A stretch of 64,000 nucleotides of DNA from Utricularia gibba (lineage: Eukaryota > Plantae > Magnoliophyta), in contig NEEC01000021.1 of assembly GCA_002189035.1 (NCBI GenBank), positions 868,001 through 932,000 on the forward strand, written 5' to 3'. The notes under the pieces are model-generated. The model did no database searches. It was not told the DNA's origin and saw only the letters and a program-made list of their open reading frames with translations. The position numbers were made by a program, and so were the translations under genes. Position 1 is the stretch's first letter, and each line of letters opens with the position of its first letter. Below, in pieces: positions 11,662 through 24,822 of this stretch.

Positions 11662-14258
11662 TTATTCATCGTTTGGTTCTTCGAGGATGGGAAGAATTCT
11701 CAGGGCAGATGAACTAAGATGCACTCCTCTGATGATGCCGTCATAGCTTGTCTTCACTTTATAGCAGAGGAGAAGTATCGAGTCCCACAGAGCTGTTCTT
11801 CCCTGCAAACCCAAACGGAGAAGCTAGTCACCACAGTAAATGAAGTATAATCGGAAAGAGAGAGTTCAGTGAAAGTGGTTACCTGGAAGGAGAACTGAGG
11901 TTTCTTGTCCCAGTACAATGCAAATACAGGGGGTTCTGTTTTCCAACAGCTAAAATACTAGCCCCAGGGTGCAACAGAGAAGGGACACCAGATAATACAG
12001 CAAGGTATTTTTCAGGGAACCTTTCCTTGGGTGGAAGACATCCAAGAAACAAAGGGTTCTTGCTCGCTTGTCCTCCGGAGTAGTTTGTTGGATCAACATG
12101 TAACATCCACTTTGGGCATTCCAGGAAAGCGCAAAACAGGTAAAGAAGCATGTGGGAATCACTTGGGAATTCAGGGTTCCATTTCTTATTTGCTGGGTCA
12201 TAGGCATCTTCGTTTCCGAGGTACTCGTAGTTCTTTAAACAAGTTCCTTCAGCAAGCTCTGCAGAAAAAAACAATCGGGGAAATTGCGAATGAGGATAGC
12301 CAGTTACGTGGAAAACATGATTCAATAAAACACTCACTTCGAATCCTCTGGACAGTGTAATCCTCTCGGATGCTATATGGAAGTACCCCTTTACCCCATT
12401 CTCCTTTCAGCAAAGAATGGAGCCTCTGATGCTCAGTAATGGCATCAACGCACTCTTGTATGAGTGGAATTGAGGTAGCAAGTTGAGAAGATTGCTGTAA
12501 ACTGCTTGCTGGTTGCCTCCCTGTTATCATAGAAAAACCATGTAGGGTGCAATGGATATTTCATGTGAAGGGGAATGAGAGATAAATCCAATAAATTACT
12601 GCAGCATACAAGTATCAAGAACTTGAGCAAGAGTGGCACGAAGCTGGTGGAGAAGCGTATCCTCATCTACAGCGGACGCAGGCTTCCATTCACTGGTTGT
12701 TTCCATAGAAGATTTCCCAGGTGTACTTGGAGCATCACTACCAAGCTGCCTAATTGTAATTGGGATATTGAGTTTAGCTGCTGCTTCAATAACCTAAGGA
12801 TAATCCATAAGGGAGTGGAGAAAGAACATCTCATCAGTGACATCACTTACAAAAAAAAAAAAAAAAAAAAAGATCAAACCTTACCTTCAAGTGGCTCTTC
12901 TCAATCTTACTAAGAAGAGGATTAAGTAGAACCGCTGAAAACCACTGGCGGAGCCGGTCACGCCATTGTTCGATATTAAGATAAACACCCAGTCTTTTAA
13001 AAGCTTCAACTGACTCCTCCATTAACATTGGAGGGGGAAGCTCTCCCTCTCCTTTCTTTGGAGGAGTTTTAAACTTTTGGGAGCCAGGGGACATCCTGAC
13101 TGCCCGCAAGGGGGTGCTTCTTGTGGTACCAGAAGCACTAGCAGATCCAGGAGTTTTGAGGCTCAATACACTTAATGTGGGCGGTGGAGTCGTCATTTTA
13201 CTAACTGCATCAAACACTTTTTCATCTTCATCAGCCAAAAATTTCTCAAGCTCTTCCTCTGATGCTATATCTTTATGTAAAGCACGACGCCTACTTGATG
13301 ACCAAGGGGTGTTAACCACCTGATCAGCACTCACTGAAGAGGAAAGTGATCCATTATGATGAGCATACATAGAAGGTGAAGAGGGAGACTTCGATGGTGA
13401 GGCAAAGGTATTTTTTCTGCCACCATCACTGTTAGTCAATTTATCAGCATTCTTTCTGGATAATGGACCTGAGCTTGTGATTGACTGATGACTGGGGATG
13501 ATTGGAACAGAGAATGAAGGAGAAACAGTTTTAGATTTACGAGTATCCTTTAAAGAATCTTCAGAAACAACAGCAACCTTCGATCGCAATCCCAGAAGGC
13601 TAAGTTGCCGTTTAGTAAGGTGCATAAGTTCCTTTTTCCCTTCAGCTGGAGAATGAACTAAAACATCAGTAGAACTTCTTTTTCTCCACAGCGATACTGC
13701 GTTGGCAAAAGCAAGCAACGACCCAACCAAGACAAAACTCGCGACAGTGGACACGATCCGCGGCCAAATACCCGCTGTATTCCCCAGATTTCAATATTCA
13801 CAGAGTCATTATCACAAACACATTAAGAGCCAAAAAAACCTAACGGAGGAACCTCACTTACCAGAAGCATTTCGAGGAACAATGAAATTCATCTTAGCTG
13901 CTTTCACCCTGTAATCACATTCGGTCATAAATCACAACCACATCCCAAGTTCAATATAGAAAAGCAAACATGAACTGATTTCATCCAACTTCAAGCAACA
14001 GGAAGAAACTTAGCAGGAATCAATCGCAATAAAAAAACGAGAAGGTCCATTATCAGGAGGAGACATACCACATAAGAGATACGATGAGCGTGAGAACAGA
14101 TGCAGAGGATAAGAATAGCAGGAAGAAGAAAGTAGAGGCCGAGGGCGGAGGCTGCTGGAAGTTAGAGCAGCGGAGAGAGCCACGTTCTGGTAAACAGTGA
14201 ACTTTGACGCCTTCGGCGTCGCCGCTGTCTGCTGATGCCCAGCGACACCCGTACCCAT
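11662..14258 (-). CDS. TMEM209 / cytochrome B561-related nuclear envelope protein (PNET1-like); apparent 1-bp frameshift near 14142
   Basis: KASKFTVYQNVALSAALTSSSLRP; KTPPKKGEGELPPPM...IEQWRDRLRQWFSAVLLNPLL; WNPEFPSDSHMLLYLFCAFLECPKWMLHVDP; C-terminus GRTALWDSILLLCY...ILEEPNDE* (TAA 11662-11664). Confidence 0.88.
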
Positions 14259-14977
14259 CACCGCACCGGCGGAGTCGACGGAACGCTGTGCTTTCCGGCC
14301 GTTAGGGCTCCAAAATTTGAAAATCCGCCGTCTTCGAGATCCAGACGTGGATTTAATTTTGGTTATGTCAACCCGACCCGACAGAAACTTGACCCGGAAA
14401 ATCTGAAAATTCCAACTCTGTAGTTGGTTCTTGAATAGTCTCTCTAAATTTGACCCCCAAAGTTGATGATTTTCGTTTATGCATTGCTTATGCCTGTGAT
14501 GTGTATGATGAAATGCTTGAGCGAACTTTGCTTCTTATCTATCGTTCTTAGTATGGATTACGAATTCGCTGTTGGTAATCGGAAAAACTCGGTTAATTTT
14601 CATGGTGAATGAAGCAGATTTGTTGATGGGTTCTCCTTGATCTGTGATGTTACTGCGATGGGATGAGGCTGTCGCCGGATGCAGAGAGAAATGAGCGGTA
14701 ATGGCAGCTTAATTGACTGCAAGAACTGATAATGATGCCAGGAATTTTTTGAGTAGCAAGCAGAAGACTACAAAGAGCATGAACTAAAAGCCCCTGCTAA
14801 GGGAAACCCTGCCGCAATCCACCAGCCAGGAGCTTCAAAGGGAAACCATGTTTCGGAAGGATCAGTCTTGATGTTCACATAAACGAAGGACCAACCAGTT
14901 TATGTGAACATGGCAAGCTCAACTCTGGACAGGGGAGAACAGCAAGCTTGATTCTGAAGTGTCCAGCTTCTACAGTT

Positions 14978-17900
14978 TCAGATACTCCGTGAGTACTCCG
15001 GCTGCCCGACCGAAGGGGACTTGGACAGATCCAGGATGGATAATGGTGCTTCTTCCAAGCAGCTCTTGGCATCATCGCTGTTGGTAACAATGGACAACTT
15101 CTCCGCTTCCTCCTGAGTGTATAAATGGAGCTTCGTGGCAACTTCAATGAACTCGCTGCAGTAACAGGAATTGTGGGAAATTGTTAGCATGTGTGCAGAC
15201 AGACTAGGAATCTGTTATAGGAGCTACTAAACTGCCAAGGGTAGTCGCCAACAAGCAGCATATCGTTCTCACTGTCCACAAACAGCACGCGCCACCCCTT
15301 GTCGGGATCGCGGAGTAGGCCGTCCATGCCGAAGAGTCTCTCCAGTTCGATCAGCAAATCATCATAAGAGTCCAGCCTCGAGAGATCAACCCCTCGCCCC
15401 ACCAAGCTGCCTTGCTTGTGAACCTTGTAAGTCAGGAGGAGAAATGAAGTTCAGTTACTCAAGAAACGCAGGAATGCACAAGCACTGGTATGGTTGAAAA
15501 GCTCACCTTGATGCAGCTCCTTTTACTACCACCCTGTATACTACCAGTTGCTGGATCTTCAGCCAACGAAAAACCGAATATTCTACATGCTGTAGCTTTG
15601 TCTTTTGATGCATCATGATCACCCGTTGTGCTGTTGAAGTGTGCAGGAGATGCAGTAGGTGCAGACGCTTCCTCCACTGCCGTGTGTTCATGAATCACTC
15701 CTTGCGCACCAGCATTATCCCCAGAGTTTGGAACAAAAACATGATTCAGGAGGTGGTTGTTCAAGAGGTTCGATGGAACCGGAGGGTCAACTGGTTTCAG
15801 AGTTGTCAAGTTTCTGGCACCTTCCGAGGCTAGAGGGTAGAAGATCATCGGAGACAGGCCATTAGAGGGGTATACATTGTAACCAAGTTCTGATTGGAAC
15901 CAAGCACCGGGATTCAAATCCTTGTTCCCAGTTAGAGATCTTAATGAGCAAATTTCTTGACCTTGCAAGACCTTTGGACACCAGTTTGATTCCAGAAAGC
16001 CTGTGAAAGTTGTGGGAGCATGGGGGTTCAACACAAGCTCACCATACCCTTTGCTATCCACCATGTTCATCGCATGGTTTGGCGGCATTTCAAAATCGAG
16101 CTTGCGATTCATCCAATCGGTTCTATACAGAGGTGGCACTAAACCTGCATTTTCTTGACCTTGCAAGACCTTTGAGGGTCGCATGGACTCCTCAAAGTTG
16201 AAAACTGCACCCCCTCCTGCTGCAAGAATGTCTGGACTCAAACCAGATGATGACAATACTGTGAAAAAAGCTTCTCAAATGGTAAGAGACCTGTACCAGT
16301 GAGCGAGCAGTCATGCTTCAGTTTCTTGACTCTGGGAGATGAATCCACACTCAATGGTACATAGTTAGCAGAGAAACTGATTTCCCATGGCGAAACACGG
16401 TCCTGATGGTTATTCAAGGCATCGACGTCCCACCGAACCTGCGAGACTCGCAACGACAACCAAAAAATAAGACCGCAAGGGTGAGAAACTGCAAATCAAG
16501 ACTGATTGAAGCAAAAGCATACCATGATGGATCTCCATTTTGAGTTAGGCCAGCTATAGGGATCTGCATCACAGACTGCTGTAACAACACCACTGGAAGG
16601 AAAGCAGAGAAGCAATGCATATATTTAGAAGAAAACAGGGGGATCAAAACAGCATTTCAATCATTCAAATTGAGCACAACCTTCTCTCAGGAGAATCATC
16701 ATGGTTGAATCTCATCTTGAATGATGTTCCAATAGGAATCTGGTTTGCTGTTGATATCACATATTTTCTATAGGGGATAACAAAGTCAGCATGGCTTGCC
16801 CTGCACCAATGGGTCAATCCATTAGATTAACAAGTATCAGAATACTGCATCAAAGCTTTGAGAGGACTGCCATGTTACCTTGGGCTGCAGAAAACAGAAA
16901 AGGGGCTGTTGCTTGAATATGCATATGCAACTGCAGATAGTACATTGGCATAGGAGTTGTGGCTTTTACTAACTGAATCAGGAAGGCTGTTTCTTGATCG
17001 AGCAGCCCTCCGAACCCCCAGCCGTAGCTCTCCATCTTCTCCCCTTCATGATCAGATACAGTTGAAGATGAGTTCTCAATAGGAGGATGAAGGAACAAAC
17101 TCAGGTAACATATACCTCAAAAAGAGAACAGCATCACCGGATACAAGATTCTTTTGTCCAACGAAAATGCTCCACCCTGTAGTCAGCAAGTGCCGCCTTG
17201 GCTGGCCTGCAATGTTAGAAATCAGGCATTCCTCAATGAGAAGCAAGGAAAGTCGAAATCTTACCTCTGTAGATGTGTCTGAACTTCCATGGCTGTCCAT
17301 GTAGATCTTTAGCGGTGAGTTCTTGAGAGGGCCTTTGTTCTTTATAATCCTACATAAAGTTGTGATCTCAATGAAACTGGCTGTGGCCATAACAGGCCGG
17401 GAACTCTTTAGAAGGAAGGCTGAGTAAAAACCAGAGGAGGGAAGCAATCTTCAGCTGCTCTTCGAGGGACAGAGAATCCGCCATGAGTGCTTGTGTCTGA
17501 AGCAGTTAGAGTCTTGCAGAACATGTGGGAAGCTGATTTTGAGGGAAAGGCCTCAACTTCTCCATCACTGGAGCCATTTTCACCATCAAATGCCATCTAT
17601 GTAGCACACAAACACTGTCATTATCCAAAGTTGGTGTATAATGGCAAGCAATGTCTGGACATGTATAAAGAAACTGCTACATGGTTAGTTCCACAGGACA
17701 AAGGAAGCAAGCTTTAGATAACATTAACCTCCATGAGTTGAAAAATTGAACCACAGCAGAAATAAGTGAACCTTGAAACAACCCAATTCTCTAATAAGTA
17801 CTTTCATAGTACCTCAGGCACAGGAAGCAAAGTCAGCTTAGCGTAAACTTCATCATTTTCCCTGTTAGCCTGTTTCAATAGATCAACAAGGTCAAGGACG

Positions 17901-18353
17901 AAATTTAGACAAGATTCAGGGTAGTTTCAGAAGAGATCGAATGAGCAACTAAAAGATCTGACATTGAAAAAATGGTTCTTACAAGTAGCTCAACATCTAC
18001 AACTCTGCAGAAGATCTGAGGGGGACTCCAAAAGCACCCATCTCCACAGAAGAAACTGATGAGGCAGAGAAAGTCTGCTCCAAGTGGCCTTGAGGAAAAT
18101 AGACCACGGCATTCCCTTTCTTGGGCAAACTTGTAAGAGGACCCGCGCAAGCATTCCAGAGCTCCTTACAGATTGGAGCAGAAACGGAAGTTGGGGAAGA
18201 AGAGCCAGAAGCAACATTCGAGGAGCAAGAGGAGGATGAAGCTGATAGACAGCCATGAACACAATTACCACCTTCAAATCTGTCACACATTCCTCCATAA
18301 ACGCAGTCACTTTTCTCCTTCTCGCCTAAAGCGTGATTCAAATCAATTCCCAT
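14978..18353 (-). CDS. ARF4: Auxin response factor 4 (B3 DNA-binding domain + PB1); apparent 1-bp frameshift at G-run 18020-18024
   Basis: MGIDLNHA...[30 protein letters not shown]; [30 protein letters not shown]; KVLQGQE twice; PB1 region [18 protein letters not shown]...VGDYPW; ends [13 protein letters not shown]. Confidence 0.93.
15954..15974 (-). promoter_or_regulatory. tasiR-ARF (TAS3 ta-siRNA) target site in ARF4 mRNA
   Basis: The + strand reads TTCTTGACCTTGCAAGACCTT, near-identical to tasiR-ARF (UUCUUGACCUUGUAAGACCUU). It encodes KVLQGQE. Confidence 0.93.
16152..16172 (-). promoter_or_regulatory. tasiR-ARF target site (second copy) in ARF4 mRNA
   Basis: Identical 21-mer TTCTTGACCTTGCAAGACCTT, 198 nt from the other site. 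Dual sites are typical of ARF3/ARF4. Confidence 0.93.
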
Positions 18354-21300
18354 GGATTACCTCAAAGACAACTTTATTACTGGGGTTTTCTTTTTCCCCG
18401 GAAACAAAAACAGTGAATCGAAGGACTAGAGAAAAGGGTCAATAAGAGAAGTGTGAAGAAATCAAATTGCGCTTCATAAGGTTTAAAGGGCGTGAAAGAA
18501 AGTCCCAGTTATGGCCAAAAACAGAAAAGCCTCTGACTTTAAAGCAAGAAGCCTCAGAAGGATGTATTTTCACATGACAAGAAACAGCGAGAAAAGTCAT
18601 TCATTCATTCAACCCACAGAAGAAAAAGAAGCAGAGCACTGTGCCTGCAATCAAATAAATAACGAGAAATTCAAAGCATGACTCCCCTCCCATCAACAGT
18701 TCTTTCCAAGGGAAGCAGATGATTGATACACTGATGCCGCCTGCGAAGCCCAGATGGAAAAAGCCAATGTGGTGGTGCCCCCTTTTCGATTCACGCCCTT
18801 CCTTTATATGCAAGATGTGTTGTCTTTGTGTGGTTGCTCCCACAGGGCAGTGAAGCCTGAAACGCGCGAGACAGAGAGAGAGAGAGATCTGTAGAGTAGT
18901 GGGGACAGTCAAGCCAACCCCCACCTTCCTCCTCTTCCTTGTTTTAAATCCAGTAGCTTAGTATCTACCATCTAACCACAACACCATCACAGGATTGTTT
19001 GAAAAAGAGTCCACTTGCATCTACATCTTGAAAAATCAACTGCAACTAGAGTAATTTACAACACAGAAAATCACTTCCAGAAACCCTTTTTTTCTACCAT
19101 TGAACAACCCCATGACAACAACCCTAAACTTTTCTTCATTGAATGCCAACAAACTGACTTTACCATCCCATCAAAAAGAGCAACCACCATCACTTGTCCC
19201 CGACTCATCATTCTTCTTGTACTTCGTATTCAAATGAAATATATTTCCAAATTACCAGTAAAAAAAATACCCAGATTTCCAACACTTTCTGATAGCTGAA
19301 TTAAGATAAAAAAAATATTTATTTAATTTAAAATTAATATAAAGGGGTTCATTTTTTATTTATTAGGTAGAAAAAATTAGAAATATCTAATTATGAATAT
19401 AAAATTTATATTATATAATTATTTAAATAATTAAATATATTAATTAACATTCAAAAAACATATTCAATCAAAAACACCTTGAGAGTTTTTCAAATTTATT
19501 TCGCATCATTTGAAGGTTGAAAGATGGTTGACTATATTTTTATTATTATGTTAAATTTATTACGTACTGATGATCATTGACTTAATGTTATTTAATTTAA
19601 ATTTGATTTTTAATAACTTGATGCTTTTAAGTTTTGATTTTGTGTTGTTTTTTAATTTTGAAAATATTTCAAGTTTCGTTACGTTTTTAGTTAAAAATTA
19701 CTTTATTTATAAATAATTTAAATATTATAAATTGAAATTACCCTAACTTACTTAAATTACTAATCCACGTAACCACATCTAAATATTCTAACCCATAAAT
19801 CGAACCCAAATTATAATAATTATTAAATACAGCATAAAATATATTTTCATTTGATTTCTTTTTTTAAATAATTTTCTCGTAATTTAAAAATATATATTTT
19901 TGGGAATTGGATAACGATTATCAATTTTCTTAAACATATAGTACTGAAATTAGATGCGTAGGTGGACAAGAAAAGTGTAGTGTGGAGACAGGATGATAAT
20001 TGCATGTTTTATACAATAAATTATACGGATTCCTAGTGCCCTTTTGATTCTCCTCAGTACGCTTCTATTCAATACACAAAACCAACGGCCACAAAGCTTT
20101 AAATGACGTCAACACCCCCTCACACACCCAATTTATTTATTATAATAAAATTTATTCTACATGTTTTTTTAAAATAATTCAAATGTATTTTTTGAATAAA
20201 AACTGCATGTTTTGTTTTATTTACTACATAATAAATAATAAAATGAATAGCTTTTTAACCTTCAAGGCAAAAGGGAATATGATATGCATCGCCATGGTTC
20301 ACACGTGCGGGCGTCCACGTGGCAACGACATCTGGAATCTGGGCGACCACACCACGGAGCAGGAAGAACGCTATTTTTTTAATAAAAAATATTTGTCGTA
20401 AAAAATGGGAGGTTTTCACCATGAATCAATAGACCTGCGGCTTTGGCGCTGGTTGATTGGGCCCACTTGTCATGTAAAGTACACATCGCCTAAATAGCAA
20501 CGAACTTGAAATTACCCTTTTATTTACGGTGAATAACCAAATTGCCACTCGCCACGTCATCCACCCCTCAATTTGTCACCACCCAAAGTTTATATTATAA
20601 TATTTTGACATCCAAGTATTACGATTTTACGTTTTACTTTTTAGTTAAATTGCTTCATATAATATTATAAGGATACTTCTATGTATGCACATATCCTCGT
20701 TAGTTCGTAATTAATGCAGAATAACGTCATTAGACCTTGTAATTAGGTTAACCCCTTTTACGATAAATATTTTTTTACTATTTATTAAAATAGAGCATTT
20801 AGTTTCTAATATTTGTCGAAAATATAAAGAAAGTTAATAAATATTTTGAAATTCACGCACGAGTGTCATAAATGAGATCCAGCGTCTCCCCATGCCTCTG
20901 AATTTAAATGAAATTGTCCCTTCTTTTTTAAAATAATAATGATATTTTCCCGACTGGTAAAACCAAGTGAATGACTTTTTTTTACTGCAGTAAAAAAGAA
21001 CAAGGAGGGGTAATAATGGAACGTGACGGGCAGACTGCAAAGGAGCTGCCCTGAAAGACGGGTAACAGGATAAGCATGAAATCTGTATGAATGTCTGGGT
21101 ACTGTAGATAGACACGTCGCCTTCTCTCTAGATGCACGTAACTGTACTAAACAACAAATTTCCCCATTTTTCGAAATGAAATATTTTATAAATTCCTTCA
21201 AATTTGGTCATTTTCATCCAAATTTATAAGTTTTTTTTTCATACTTCAAAAATTATTGTACGAAAATAACCTGGATTTAAGAACGGATGAATGACCACTT

Positions 21301-22177
21301 TTAGATCAAAATATTAAAATTGGAGTTTCTTAGTAAGAACTTCAATATTAAAAATGTTTTGTTTGAAGTAATCTGATGATGGGTGAACTTATGGGAAGAC
21401 AATTCAAAAATAATTTTAAAATTAATTGTAAAAATAATTCTATACAAAAAAATACTTTTAAAATTAATTTGAAAAAAGTAATAAATAGGTTAATGTTAAT
21501 TATTAGTTATGTTTTTCTAAAATAATTTTAAAAAAATAAAAATAACTTTCAAAAATTTTCCAGAAAACGAAAAAAAACATATTAGAAAGTATAGATGAGT
21601 CGTTACACTCGTTGCGTTCACAAAAACAGTTGCAGAATTTCCAGGTGGGCAGGGGCATGTGTGGCGTGGAGTGGATGAGAGGCACCAGACGTGTTGGTGC
21701 TGGGTGGGGAGGGGAGCCCCCACTATCTGCGGGTACAACTTGCTGTGCTTTAATCGAGCCATGTTTGTCGGGGGACCGCCCCGACCCGCCCCGGCCCGGC
21801 CCTCCTCTTCCTCCTACTCCTACTCCTGCTGCACCCACACTGCAGCATCATCATGCCTCCATTTAATTCATGTGACATGAGAAGGGGACGCGCCCACCAC
21901 TTTATCGTCCCCTTATTTGAATTTACCATTTCTAAATTTTACTCTTTATTTACATTATGAAAAACCAAAAGACTAATGAATTCAAATTGAACCGGATCTG
22001 TTCCCACCTCATTCGATTCGGTTCGTTAATTTTTCAGAACACCAAGCCTCGGGGAGTGGTAGTTTTGCATATGGTGGGTGTGTGGGGGAGTTACTGAATT
22101 TAGATTGGAATTAAGAGGTTGTTTGATATTAGTATATTAGAATGTTTAATAATTGTGTAATTAGGTATGTATATACT

Positions 22178-22705
22178 TGTTATGGGTGAAAATCAGTATC
22201 CGAAAAGGAGGTCGATTTTTGGATTATGGGTACAGTCGGATATGCCACACCTGGTTGGGTTTTGGGTGCTTTACTCGGTTCGTTTAGCAGAAATGAAAAT
22301 AGGTGGAGATTTTTACGTGTAAACTTTTAGAGAACGGAAAAATCACGAAGCTGTCGGAGTTTGTCGAAAAATATTTTCATTAGACGTAAGTGAGGGAAAG
22401 ATGTAGGTTGGAGGGCTTACAATTGAACCTCTCTTTCAGAATTTCTCCTTTTTATAGAAGAGTTCGATTTAACCGAATCCTGAATTTGTAGATATCGGTT
22501 GCTTCTTGTGCTTGTACTGTGATACTAATTTTCAGATGATCGCTGCCTGCCCTTCTGTAATTCAATCACTTTTAAGACTATGAAATACGGTTGGTGTTGT
22601 TAAATATCTTACACGTATTGATCTATCGGCCGGTACTATCCCATCAAAATACCTTTTGGCAACTTTTTAGAGACCAACTAACCGCATTCGATTTGTACCC
22701 CATCA
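22178..22705. mobile_element. Solo LTR of an LTR retrotransposon (528 bp)
   Basis: Begins TGTTATGGG and ends GTACCCCATCA (TG...CA, imperfect terminal inversion). It is flanked by a perfect 5-bp TSD ATACT (22173-22177, 22706-22710), and no internal domain is present. Confidence 0.88.
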
Positions 22706-23903
22706 ATACTAAATCGTTACAGCGTTTAATATTCGAAAATAAAAGTCTAAGTATGTGAATGGTATTTCATTTGTGTATATCATTCACTTGATTAAAAAAT
22801 GTGTACGTGAGTAGTATAATCACATAAGATTAGCATACAAATATTAGTTAATAAAACAATGATTTATGTGTAAAATTAGATATAAATATTATGTATTATA
22901 CTATCGAATAATCTTTAAAAAGAATAGAAGACAGGAGCGGTTTGACAAAGGGGCAAGAGTAGGAGGTGGGGGGGAGTAAAGGGGGCGGATGGAGGGACAA
23001 CCGGGCCGGCCGTTGAAACCGACCGGTCCCTCAGACACGGGCGTTCGCCCCTTTAGGCCATTAATTGTGCTGTGCCTCCACAATAACGTCTCATGCTTGT
23101 CTACCCGCCATCTACTACTATTATTATTATTAATTAATTAATTTCCATAAATATCTTACAACCATTGACGTGAAACATTATTTTACTGTGGGAATGGTGA
23201 TTTCGAACATTGTTGCATTTTAATTTCTATTTTATATATTTATAATGTGTTTGGTAGATGATATTAAGATAATAAAAATTAATTAATTTATATTTATATG
23301 AACATATGTAATTTTTCGATTTTACTATCATATCATCCTTGAAACCATAGGAAATCTATCAAATGAGGTGTGGCCCACATATGTCCATTTATTGGGCTGG
23401 ACAAAAGCAGACACAGATAACAAGGCCCAATATGCTGACCCAGGCCCAGACACAAAATGACCCATCGCTGGGGACGACGAGGTGAACGCTTTCTTTACTT
23501 GAGAAACCGAAGGGACAAACCAGGAAGACAATGATTTGGTGGTAATGATTTTGTGACGAAACGCGGACTGGTGACCAGAGAAGTACCGGGTAGCTGGATT
23601 TGGTGAGCAATATCATGCGAGAAAGCATTTACTTGCAGAGGGGAATCGGCAATGATCGAGGCGGAAGGATGGTTTGGGTGTGGCTACAGCAGGAGAAAGA
23701 TGATCTCATCAATGGGGTATTTGCTTTTCGAAAAGCTTCAGGAGAAAAGGCACTGTATGAAGGGGTATAGTTCGAGAACAGATCGGCGAAGTAACGAGCA
23801 GCAGTGAAAATGATTATCATCGGAATCTAATGTTCACGGAAAACCCAATGAAAACAATAGGAAAACAGGGGAACTTGGGAAGCGTAAAGGCAGGCTCACC
23901 AGG

Positions 23904-24404
23904 TCACTCTTCAGGAATTTCCACATCGCCGTCGGTGATCTCCTGCTGCAAATCCTTGGGGTCCTTCCCATCAACAGTGCACCCCACGGAAACACAGGTG
24001 CCCAAAATCTCCTTCACAGTCCCGCCCAAATCCTTAGCCATCGAACGAGGCCTCATAATCCTGGCAATGTCAATGACGTCATCCAATGAAATGTTCCCAT
24101 TATGCTTAATATTCTTGGTCTTTTTCCTGTCCCTCTCCGGTTCCTTGAGCGCCTTGATGACCAGAGCCGCGGCGGAGGGGACGACGGTGACTTTCGCCTG
24201 ACGGTTTTGCACGGTTAGCTTGACGGTGACGCGGAGACCCTTCCAATCCTTTGCGGTTTCCTTGGCGATGTCTTCACCGATTTTCTTCGGGGACAGACCG
24301 AGAGGTCCGATCTTCGGAGCCAGCGAACTCGCGGCGCCGACCTCACCGCCGGTGACGCGGACGAAAACGTCGACAACCTGCGTCGGATCGAACTTCGGCG
24401 GCAT
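23904..24404 (-). CDS. RPL12: 60S ribosomal protein L12 (uL11), intronless CDS, 166 aa
   Basis: [72 protein letters not shown]...[12 protein letters not shown]. Confidence 0.98.
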   Translation of the reverse strand: MPPKFDPTQVVDVFVRVTGGEVGAASSLAPKIGPLGLSPKKIGEDIAKETAKDWKGLRVTVKLTVQNRQAKVTVVPSAAALVIKALKEPERDRKKTKNIKHNGNISLDDVIDIARIMRPRSMAKDLGGTVKEILGTCVSVGCTVDGKDPKDLQQEITDGDVEIPEE

Positions 24405-24822
24405 CTTCTCGGCGGCGGCTAGGGTTTTCAAACTGGAGGCAGAGTGGAGCAATTAGGGGATAAATTGCAATAGAGCCTGAGGGCGGCCGCATTCTGGATT
24501 CTCCCTTCCAACAAACGTTTGGGCCACTGCGATCACCAAACGACCCATTTCCGTACCAGGTCCAATGGGGTAAAAATTATATTTTTATTATTGTAAATAA
24601 TCAAAAAAATGTGAAACACGAAATATATTGAACATGCTTTTAATCCATCGAAATTAATAAAAAAGCCACGTCACCATAACCACGACGTTGTCGAGTACGT
24701 CATTTCGGGACCCGAGTTTACATATTCCGTGTGTAGTATAAATCCACGACTCCTCCCCCATTTGCGACCACCGACATCGGCAGCATTCTTCGAAGTCCGA
24801 TCGCCCGTTCAATTCCAGACAC
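24405..24822. promoter_or_regulatory. Short divergent (bidirectional) promoter region RPL12/S40 with telo-box and site II element
   Basis: 418 bp between start codons; TAGGGTTT (telo-box) at 24420-24427 and TGGGCC at 24520-24525. Confidence 0.65.

Noticed and set aside
14142-18353. Calling ARF4, PNET1-like, ARMC7, the helicase or the protease pseudogenes
   Set aside because: Defects are only single-base losses, mostly in short homopolymers, while splice sites, motifs and ta-siRNA sites are intact. Assembly error is more parsimonious.
23460-23830. snoRNA cluster downstream of the site II promoter or within the RPL12 3' region
   Set aside because: No canonical C (RUGAUGA) and D (CUGA) box pairs on +. 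On - there is only a weak pair with no assignable rRNA guide.
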